Part shown: positions 23,161 to 32,324 of the stretch, piece by piece | How positions within the stretch are numbered: position 1 is the stretch's first letter | How the letters are laid out: every line of letters begins with the position of its first letter | DNA from: Octopus sinensis | Taxonomy: Eukaryota | Direction: 5' to 3' | Length of the DNA: 38,484 nucleotides | Assembly (NCBI RefSeq): GCF_006345805.1 | Contig: NW_021835750.1 | Location: 1-38,484 of the forward strand | Notes under the pieces: generated by a model | Database searches by the model: none | What the model was told of the DNA's origin: nothing | The model's input: only the letters and a program-made list of their open reading frames with translations | Program-made: the position numbers and the translations under genes

Positions 23161-23279
23161 TCAACATGAATGGCCCGTGGGCCCATATGCCCAGGGGCAT
23201 ATATGCTGTAGTGGTTAAGAGCTCTCGTGGCTTCTGATCTTAACTGATTGGAAGTGTTATTATGTGCACTGTTTTGTCT

Positions 23280-23517
23280 AGGCGGCGAGCTGGCAGAAAC
23301 GTTAGCACGTTGGGCGAAATGCTTAACAGTATTTCGTCTGCCGTTACGTTGTGAGTTCAAATTCCGCCGAGGTCGACTTTACCTTTCATCCTTTTTCGGG
23401 GTCGATAAATTAAGTACCAGTTACGCACTGGAGTCAATGTAATCGACTTAATACCTGTGTCTGTCCTTGTTTGTCCCCTCTATGTTTAGCCCCTTGTGGG
23501 TAATAAAGAAATAGGTA
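23280..23517 (+). mobile_element. SINE family A, monomer
   Basis: aggcggcgagctggcagaaacgttagcacg...gggtaataaagaaataggt. Confidence 0.95.
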
Positions 23518-24001
23518 TAAAAGATGGGCTACAGTAAATATTCTGCTCAGTACCACAGATTTGCATGTCAGTTGTTTGACCTTAACCAGTTGAGCATGTC
23601 CCTTAGTGGCTGACGATATGTGCATCTTTGATCACGAGCAGAAGTAGTGGGGGAGCATCATAGCCATGTGTTGAGAGGGATTCTTTGGGGTTTGAATAAT
23701 TCACCTCTGGAAACATGGGTGTTTCATTCAACATCCTTAAATAACCCTTATTCAGGGACCTTTTGAGTGGAATGGGTTACTCGACCTGAAGAAAATTCTA
23801 ACTGGGCCCCACCTGCAAGGTCATGTGCTGTTTATCTTGATATGAGATCCCCATCTCGCGCACATATGTTTGTGATGCATGTGCCTAGTGTACCCTTATC
23901 AGACGGGTAGTCATGATGGGTATACTGGGCTTCGTATATTTGTACCCCAGTGTCACTTTGAAGACATGCACTGCTCTCTCACTCAATAATAATAATAATA
24001 A

Positions 24002-24033
<32 letters not shown>

Positions 24034-24140
24034 AGTAGTAGTAGTAGTAATAATAGTAGTAATAGTAGTAACAGCAACACCAACAACAACAATATCGAAA
24101 AATACCTTAGGGATGAGAACCCAGGGTTCGAAATTTCCCC

Positions 24141-24189
24141 AAGACACCTGATGAAGGCTGGAGGGTATATCAGCTGAAACGTTGTATTT
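24141..24189 (+). ncRNA. Minimal type I hammerhead ribozyme motif (Penelope-like element type)
   Basis: aagacac-CTGATGA-a-ggctg[gagggtatat]cagct-GAAAC-GTT-gtattt. Intact core, 5-bp stem II, palindromic ACGT stem III, stem I with one mismatch. Confidence 0.7.
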
Positions 24190-24249
24190 AACAACAAACA
24201 AGATGAGGACAAATATCCGTGAAATGTAAATAATGTATTATTATTATTA

Positions 24250-24473
24250 TTATTATTGTCTGTTATAGACACAAGGCCTGAAATTTGGGGTGAGGGCGGA
24301 GATGATCGATTACATCGACACCAGCGTACAACTGGTACTTATGGTATCGACTCTGAAAGGATGACAGGCAAAGCCTTCCCTCGGCGTAATTTGAATTCAG
24401 AATGTAAAATTGAACGAAATACTACTTTGTATTTTGTCCGCCATTCTATCGATTCCGCCATCTTGCCACCTTA
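24250..24473 (-). mobile_element. SINE family A, older copy
   Basis: Tail gacacaaggcctgaaatttgggg on +; head aaggtggcaagatggcggaatcg on -. Confidence 0.8.
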
Positions 24474-24489
24474 GTTCGTCACTTTAATA

Positions 24490-24592
24490 TTAAGGGTACT
24501 ATTCTGAAATTTTAGGGTCCGGTCTAGTTGATAATATGGACCTCAATGCTCGAGTGTTACTCATTTTGTTGACCCCGAAAGGATGAAAAGCA
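24490..24592 (-). mobile_element. SINE family A 3' fragment, cut by the satellite arm
   Basis: ctgaaattttaggg...gaccccgaaaggatgaaa. Confidence 0.6.
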
Positions 24593-24594
24593 AG

Positions 24595-24845
24595 AGGCGG
24601 GGAGAAGGGAGAGGAAGGGGCGTGGCAGAAGGGGAGGAAGGGGTGGGGAGGAGGAGAATGAAGGGGAGATGGAACTTCCTGGAAAGTTCCGAGGTGGGGA
24701 GGGGAGGAAGGAGGAAGATTTCTTGGAAAGTTCCGAGGAAGGGAATGAAGGGGCGGGGGAAGACTTCCTGGAAAGTTCCGACGGGGCGAAAGGGAGGAAG
24801 AGTATGCGGGAAGGACTTCCTGGAAAGTTCCGAGGAGGGGGATGG
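24595..24845. repeat. Solo G-rich arm of the ggaacttcctggaaagttcc satellite
   Basis: Four copies of acttcctggaaagttccga, exact or with one change, separated by purine runs. It is the reverse complement of the 13760-14300 motif. Confidence 0.85.
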
Positions 24846-24929
24846 ACTTAATATCTACATGAAATATTGTTGTTCCACATATAATTCCACATTGATTCAG
24901 ATTCTCACTCTTAGACTAGTAACCTCGCG

Positions 24930-25163
24930 AAGGTGAATGGCAAAGTGGTTAGGACTGTTGGATTGCGGTTTCGATTCCTGGACCGAGCGAGGCATTGTGT
25001 CCTTGAGCAAAACTCTTCATTTCACCTTGCTCCAGTTCACTCAGCATGTAAACATAAGTAATCCTTCGAAGGACTGGCGTCCTGTCCAGGAGGGGGAATA
25101 CATACGTCACAGAAGCCGGCAAACCGGCCCTATGGGTCTATATGACCCGAGAAAGAGTTTTTA
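24930..25163 (+). mobile_element. SINE with D-like head/body and the tail shared with 34043-34150
   Basis: gtggttaggac...ggtttcgattcctggacc, tgtgtccttgagcaaaac body, and ggactggcgtcctgtccagg...aaaccggccctatg tail. Confidence 0.75.
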
Positions 25164-25174
25164 GACTGTAATCT

Positions 25175-25330
25175 GTGAGCAGGCATCCCTGTGTGGTTAA
25201 GAGGTTCACTTCGCATGCGTGGCTATGGGTTCGTTCGCAGAACGCGACAATTTCGGTATTTTCCATCATAGTCTTGGATCTACCAAAGTCTGATGGAGGA
25301 ATTTCATGAACGGTAATTGGACAGAAGCTC
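25175..25330 (+). mobile_element. SINE family B-like, very degenerate
   Basis: ctgtgtggttaagaggttcac...gggttcg...accaaagtctgatggaggaattt...gacagaagc. Confidence 0.45.
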
Positions 25331-26406
25331 CCTGGAATGGCTCTAACTGGTTATCGGTGGTAGAGTTCATGCGCCACTCGTTTTAAAAGCACCACCTGAC
25401 TGGGTTCTTTGGGATCTTGTATCACAGAAATCTCTAATTTGCAGCGTTCGTGCCGAGTCTCCAGTTTATGAACCGTTTAGGCGCTGTTTATTTAGCGTCG
25501 GTGATTCGACGCTGACTTATTTGACATAATACATTTTAATGTTTCTTTTGTCCTCCACCTCTTCCTCTCTCTTTCTCTCTCTCTATTTATCTCTATCTAT
25601 CTCTCTTTCTTTCTCTCTCTCCCCCTCTCTCTCTTTCTCACTCTATCTGTCTGTGTATATTTCTATGTACGCACACACGTGTGTATGTGTGTGGGCGTGT
25701 TTACCTCCAGCTCCAAAAGTATTTCCGTCCCCACCCCAATGTATCAAAACAGGTTCGGTGTCCATTCAGCCATGCCAAATCGCCAACGTCCAAATAACTA
25801 CGCCCGGTCGTCTCCATCCTAAGTCTCTAGTTTCTCCAGTCGATCCTTTACCCCTACGCCCCCTCCTACTCACCTACGCACCCACCCAGTGGGAGCCCCT
25901 AAAAAAGAGAGATGATGAGAGGAACCACCGACTTTTGACTAAGTAATAAATTTTCCCTAATCTCTCTTGAACATGTGTATCCAGTTTGCAACGTGACAGA
26001 AGTATAGTTTGACATTTCTTAAGAAACCATTCTGACTCGGTTAATCTGTAGATCCAATATATAAGTGGAATAGTTAAAACAAAAACGAAAAAGAAAAAAA
26101 TCTTTTTGAAATTCAAGATGTAGCTTTAGTTTTGCCGTTATCTAAATTCCAATGAGAGAGCGAGCCTCATTTTGTTTTGTTCTTTTTTGTTTTGTCTTTG
26201 TTTGTTTTGTTTTTGTTTGTTTTTTTTTTTTGGGGGGGGTGGGGGGGGGGCGGCAAGCTTCTCTTCTGCTGCAAATTTTGGAGCGGTTCCTGATATAGGG
26301 AGAAGGATCAGGTTTATAACCACCACCACCGTCATCATCTTGAAAGTAGGCACATAAGAAAATGAGACACGGTGCATACAAAAGCTAGTGATCTCACAGC
26401 GCTTTA

Positions 26407-26614
26407 CCGTATTTTCCGGCAGACAAGTCGACGTAGCACACGGTGTCGACCTGTAGTGCGAACGTTCAGACATCGTCACTGTCTTCCCAAATTCTGCTGC
26501 ATTTCACATGGAATTTTTGGTCCTTCAAAGTCGTCTTGGTGTATAAGTCGACCCACCAATTTTGGCATTAAATTTTGGGCGGAAAAAATTCGACTTGTAT
26601 GCCGGAAAATGCGG
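26407..26614. mobile_element. MITE, Tc1/mariner superfamily (pogo/Tc2-like termini), 208 bp
   Basis: 25-bp TIRs ccgtattttccggcagacaagtcga and tcgacttgtatgccggaaaatgcgg (23/25 match), TA on both sides, no coding capacity. Confidence 0.9.
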
Positions 26615-26639
26615 TAAGCACATGGTGCGCGCGCGCACG

Positions 26640-26671
<32 letters not shown>

Positions 26672-26744
26672 TGCATGTATGTGTGTATGAGCGTGCATCT
26701 GCATACATACATATACAGACAGAGAGACAGACAGACAGACAGAC

Positions 26745-26792
<48 letters not shown>

Positions 26793-26794
<2 letters not shown>

Positions 26795-27208
26795 GGCAGC
26801 GAGCTGGCAGAAACGTTAGCTTGCCAGGCGCAATGCTTAGCGGTATTTCGTCTGCCGTTAAGTTCTGAGTTCAAATTCCGCCGAGGTCGACTTTGCCTTT
26901 AATCCTTTCGTGGTCGAGTAAATAAGTACCAGTTACGCACTGAGGTCGATATAATCGACTTAATCCGTTTGTCTGTCCTTGTTTGTCCTCTCTGTGTTTA
27001 GCCCCTTGTGGGTAGTCAAGAAATAGGTATTTCGTCTGCCGTTACGTTCTGAGTTCAAATTCCGCCGAGGTCGACTTTGCCTTTCATCCTTTCGGGGTCG
27101 ATAAATTCAGTACCAGTTACGCACTGGGGTCGATGTAATCGACTTAATCCGTTTGTCTGTCCTTGTTTGTTCCCTCTATGTTTAGCCCCTTGTGGGCAAT
27201 AAAGAAAT
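26793..27208 (+). mobile_element. SINE family A dimer inserted in a (GATA)n tract
   Basis: Head aaggcagcgagctggcagaaac, two units, (GATA)n on both flanks. Confidence 0.95.
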
Positions 27209-27271
<63 letters not shown>

Positions 27272-27664
27272 ACAGACAGACAGACAGGCAGACAGATAGA
27301 TATTGCGCCTTCTCACAGTGATTGGGTATTATTTTCCTTGTTATAAAAACATAAATCAGGAAATCATTCAATCGATTCCTCATTAATAATATTTTATCGA
27401 TCAGACTGACTCTAAATTAGATGTGTGTGTGTGTGTGTGTTGGAGCGTGCATATGTGCCATGTGTCCGTGTATGTGTGTTGGGATGTAGGGGAAACAATA
27501 ACATTGGTTTCAAACAATGTACATCGTCTCAGAGGATCAGAATGAATAAACAACACTAACAACAACAACAACCACTGCAGCAACAGCAGCAACATTATTA
27601 CGACAGTAATAGCCACATTATTAACTCCATTAGCATCTACACATCAACGCCAACAGCAACATCA

Positions 27665-27850
27665 GTGGAGCCGCAATGGCCCAGTGGTTAGGGCAGCGGA
27701 CTCGCGGTCGTAAGGACGCGGTTTCGATTCCAAGACCGGGCATTGCGAGTGTTTATTAAGCAAAAACACTTAAGCGTGGCTCCGGCGGGGGGAAGGTGGT
27801 GAACCCCGCTGTGCTCTTTCACCACAACTTTCTCTCACTCTTTCTTCCTA
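27665..27850 (+). mobile_element. SINE family C, head and body only
   Basis: gtggagccgcaatggcccagtggttagggcagcggactcgcggtcg...caccacaactttctctcactct matches 9776-9960. The tail is absent. Confidence 0.9.
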
Positions 27851-27853
27851 CTT

Positions 27854-27926
27854 CTGCCACAAAGCAGAGGAACCCACTATGGTGTGGTAAATTTTCAGAC
27901 CCTAGTCTAGATTGCTAATCCTCTGT
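27854..27926 (+). ncRNA. HDV-like ribozyme candidate (possibly degenerate)
   Basis: Nested order P1 tgccac/gtggta, P2 gcagagga/tcctctgt, P3 acc/ggt, P4 aattt(tc)agac-ccta-gtctagatt, J4/2 gCtaa. Confidence 0.55.
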
Positions 27927-28134
27927 ACCCCAGGATGGTTCAGTTCCCCACCCGTTAAAAGCCACCGTTTACGGAATGAGGATAACAACGTAGTTTTCGC
28001 GCCCATGCAACCGCCAGTCTATCGCGAGTGGTGGATGATCTTCAAGTTGCCACACGCATTCTTAGTAGCTTAGAGTAGGCTCGAATTAGAAATTATCCTT
28101 TGTGGCTAATCGGTGTTCTTCGGTGTTCTTCGGG

Positions 28135-28477
28135 TTGGATGGAACCTATACTCGCCTCTTTATGAGAGCTCAAAATCTCTCATGGAAGTGCCATCCAACC
28201 AAAATGCAAATATATGGGAAACTACCACCTGTGTCATCTCTTGTGAAAGGTAGGAGAGTCCAGTTTGCTGGACATTGTTGTAGAGTTGAAAAAGAAGTAA
28301 TTTCTACTCTTCTCCTCTGAAAGCCATCTACTCGCAATACCAGAGGGCACACACTCTCCTACCCTGATGTAATCTCCAGCAACAGGACCTCCGTAATGCC
28401 ATGATGGACCGTGAAGTCTGGCGTAGCATGGTAAATTCCATTGTCTCGACCACGGTCGAACAATGATGAATGATGAT
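28135..28477 (+). mobile_element. RTE-X-type LINE 3' end with (TGA)n tail
   Basis: LDGTYTRLFMRAQNLSWKCHPTKMQIYGKLPPVSSLVKGRRVQFAGHCCRVEKEVISTLLL*KPS...TLSYPDVI / QQQDLRNAMMDREVWRSMVNSIVSTTVEQ**. It carries the RTE motifs RRxxFAGHCxR and DRxxWR and is followed by tgatgaatgatgat. Confidence 0.85.
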
Positions 28478-28519
28478 TATGGCTAATGGCGTGAGTCCAG
28501 ATTAGAAGAAGACAGGAAT

Positions 28520-29101
28520 GTCATCGCCAACGTCACAAGCAACGCCAGCATTTGATACTATCAACGACGTCAATAACAATAACACTAACACCGCCGGACA
28601 CGCCAACAGTACCGCCACGACCACCACCACTAATGCGACAACCAATAACAGCAACAACAACAACATACCCTCCAACATCGCTAACGACAATACCTTCAAT
28701 TACACTAACAACAATGATGACGTCACAAACAGCGACACTAACACCAATAACAACAACAACTACTACTACTACTGCTGCTGTTACTACAACAACAATAACT
28801 ACTACAACAACTACAATAATAACAAGTTACAACAACAACTACTATTACTACTACTACTACTACTGCAAAAACACTCACTACTACCACAAACAGCGATGGC
28901 AACATCATCATCATCTTCATCATCAGCAGCAGCAACAACAGCACCAACACCATCACCCTTACCTACAATAACACCAACAACAACACCACCAGCACCACCA
29001 TGAACAACAACAACAACAGCAAACACACCAATTTCTCTCACCATCACCATCACCACCACCACCAGCGCCACCATACCAACTACATCATCTACTCCACCAC
29101 C

Positions 29102-29135
<34 letters not shown>

Positions 29136-29390
29136 TCAACAACAGCAGCAGTAGCAAACACACCAATTCCACCACCCACCCACACCCTCACCACTATCAG
29201 CAGTACCATCCCCGCCACCACCAACTCTTTTACCACCACCACCACCACCACCATCACTGTCACCATCAACATCAACATCATCGCTACCACCATCACCACC
29301 ACTACCGCCAACTCTTTCACCATCATCACTATCATCACCAACGCCGACAACAACAACAACTACCCCCCCCCCACCCTCCCGCACCTACCA
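28520..29390. repeat. C/A-rich trinucleotide block (AAC, ACC, ACT, CAT)
   Basis: Directly visible. Confidence 0.95.
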
Positions 29391-29559
29391 ATTGTTTCGA
29401 CTGATAAATCAATTCAAAGAATTCCTCACCAATTCCAATCTGACAATTGATGTTCTTTGCCAAATTTTCCAACAATTGAAATTACATTTTAATGATGCAT
29501 GGATCAATGGGAACGGAATTGGATTAGGGATTAGGGGAGAAGGATCGAACATGGCGGCA

Positions 29560-30135
29560 GAGGTAGCGACGGTGGCCGCGCGGCGGCGGTGGTGGCGTGG
29601 TTGGTGGTGGTAATGGTGTTAGTGCTGCTGCTGCTGCTGTAGCGACTTGCGTTTGGTGATGTTGTTATTGTTGTGGTGGTGGTGGTTGTTGTTGTTGTTG
29701 TTGTGGTGGTGATGGTAGTGCTGCTGTTCTAGTAACTTGCGTTTGTGGCTGTTGTAGTAGTAGTAGTAGTAGTGGGGTGGTGGTGGTGGTGGTGGTGGTG
29801 GTGGTGGTGGTAGTGCTGCTGCTGCCGTAGCGACTTCCGTTTGTTGCTGTTGTTGTTGTTGCTGTTGTTGTTGCTGCAGTTGTTGTGTGGTGGTGATGGT
29901 TGTAGTGGTGGTGCCGGCAGTGGCGGTATGAACAGTATAGTAATAGTAGTGGTATTGTTAGAGGTGATGGTGATAGTGATATTAGTGGTAGTGGTAGTGG
30001 TGGTGGTGGTAGTGGTGGTGGTGGTGGTAGTGGTGGTGGTGGTAGTGGTGGTGGTGGTGGTGGTAGTGGTGGTGGTGGTGGTGGTGGTGGTGGTAGTGGT
30101 GGTGGTGGTGATGTTATAGTGATGGTAGTGATGAT
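29560..30135. repeat. G/T-rich trinucleotide block (GGT, GTT, GTA, GCT)
   Basis: Directly visible; opposite polarity to 28520-29390. Confidence 0.95.
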
Positions 30136-30220
30136 GTTTAAACAATAGTTATAATGTTGTCTGTGAATGTACAGACAATTGGAGGAAGAATTTTATCGCA
30201 ATTAAGTTAAATATGCATCT

Positions 30221-30223
<3 letters not shown>

Positions 30224-30309
<86 letters not shown>

Positions 30310-30460
30310 AAGTGAAATACATTAAATATTTCTTGACGAGGAAAGAAAGAAAATGTAAGAAAGAAAGACAAAATGGTGAGGGGAAGAGCGAGAGAGAGAG
30401 AGAGACAGAGACAGAGTGAGGAGAGAGAGAGAGAGAGTGAGAGAGAGAGAGAGAGAGTGA
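30224..30460. repeat. Long pure (TG)n and (AG)n
   Basis: Directly visible. Confidence 0.95.
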
Positions 30461-30682
30461 AGAAGTGCTTGATGCGATGGAGAAATTGTAAGCGAGCAGG
30501 AGAGAGGTTGATAGAGATTGAGATGATAAATCCGTGATTTAGAAAAGAAAGGAGACAGACAGACAGATACGGAGACAATAATATCCGGTAAGCTAATAGA
30601 GTATATAATTAGTCACGTGACCTATATAACAATTGTCATGAGACGTAATTATTGTCATGTGACTTGTATGGCGCTGTTGAAG

Positions 30683-31054
30683 CACGTGGTCCCGGTTTCA
30701 GTCCCACTGCGTAGCACCTTGCGCAGGTGTCTTCTGCTATAACCTCGGGCCGACCAAAGCCTTGTGAGTGGATTTATTTGGTACACGGAAATTGAAAGAA
30801 GCCTGTCATATATATATTTCTTTATTACCCAAAAGGGGCTAAACACAGAGGAGACAAACAAGGACAGAAAAACGGATTAAGTCGATTACATCAACCCCAG
30901 TGCGTAACTGGTACTTAATTTATCGACCCCGGAAGGATGAAAGGCGAAGTCGACCTCGGCGGAATTTGAACTCGGAACGTAACGGCAGACGAAATACGGC
31001 TACGCATTTCGCCCGGCGTGCTAACGTTTCTGCCAGCTCGTCGCCTTCCATATC

Positions 31055-31121
<67 letters not shown>

Positions 31122-31190
31122 GTGTGTGTGCATGTGTGTGCGTCTTTGTCTCTGCGTTTGTCCCCCACCACCGCTTAACAACCGGTGTTA
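30683..31190 (+). mobile_element. SINE family B split by a nested SINE A
   Basis: 5' half at 30683-30817. The microsatellite and gtttgtcccccaccaccgcttaacaaccggtgtt resume at 31053-31190. Confidence 0.85.
30818..31047 (-). mobile_element. SINE family A nested in the internal microsatellite of SINE B
   Basis: Minus-strand head aaggcgacgagctggcagaaacg. The flanking repeat tcatatatatat at 30806-30817 and 31053-31064 is a probable TSD. Confidence 0.9.
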
Positions 31191-31444
31191 TATATGCATG
31201 TGTGTATGTGTATGTGTGTACGTACGTACATACATATACATATGAATTATGTGTGTACCTGTAATAAAAAATATCGAGTAAGCAAATTGTGTTTAATGTC
31301 TCGTTTACAATTGTTTCGTCGGTTACCAAGAAACCAATCTTACATCATGTTACCATATCCGCAATTATTGACTTTTTTCCCAACACTGCAATTTTTTTCT
31401 TCATAGCACACGGAGGTATCATCTCCTCGGAACGCATGTATCAA

Positions 31445-31850
31445 TGTATATATGCATGCGTGTGTGTGTATGAGTGTGTATGTATGTATGTGTGTGTATG
31501 TATGCATGTATGTATGTATGTGTCTATGTATGTGTCTATGTATATCTGTATGTGCGTATGTATGTGTACGTATGTATGTGTGCATGTATGTATGTATGTA
31601 TGTATGTATGTATGTATGTATGTATGAGTGTGTGTGAATACGTATGTATGTATGTGTGTGTATGTATGAATGTATGTGTATGTATGTGTATGCGTGTGTA
31701 TGTGTGTATGTGTGTATGTATGTGTGCATGCGTGTATGTATATATGTGTGTGCATGTATGTGTGTGTATGTATGTGTGTATGTATTTATGTACGTATGTA
31801 TGTTTGTATGTATATATACGTGTATGTATGTGTGTATGTATGTATGCAGG
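31445..31850. repeat. (TATG)n/(TG)n block
   Basis: Directly visible. Confidence 0.95.
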
Positions 31851-31926
31851 TGTGCATTTACCTATGTTCTTTTCTGTTTTAACTATCTAAAGGCATCCTG
31901 TAAGGAAGGTGCTACTTTCTAATAAT

Positions 31927-32324
31927 CTTTTCTACTACAGGCACAAGGCCTGCAATTATGAGGGAGGGGGCTAGTCGATTACATCGATCCCAGTGTTCTA
32001 CTGGTACTTAATTTATCGACCCCAAAAGGATGGAAAACAAAGTCGACCTCGGCGGAATTTGAACTTAGAACGTAACCACAGACGAAATACCTATTTCTTT
32101 ACTACCCACAAGGGGCTAAACACAGGGGGGACAAACAAGTACAGACAAAGGGATTAAGTCGATTATATCGACCCCAGTGCGTAACTGGTACTTAATTTAT
32201 CGACCCCGAAAGGATGAAAGGCAAAGTCGACCTCAGCGGAATTTGAACTCAGAACGTAACCACAGACGAAATACCGCTAAGCATTTCGCCCGGATTGCTA
32301 ACGATTCTGCCCGCTAACCGCCTT
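31927..32324 (-). mobile_element. SINE family A dimer with tail and TSD
   Basis: Tail tctactacaggcacaaggcctg. TSD-like tttctaataat at 31916-31926 and 32333-32343. Confidence 0.9.

Noticed and set aside
25494-25513. GC-rich 7-bp hairpin agcgtcg-gtgatt-cgacgct as a Helitron 3' end
   Set aside because: No CTAG. The minus-strand CTAA 13 nt away is not followed by T, and no 5' TC end was identified.
29524-29537. Two TTAGGG hexamers as interstitial telomere
   Set aside because: Only two copies, separated by ga; not a tandem telomeric array.
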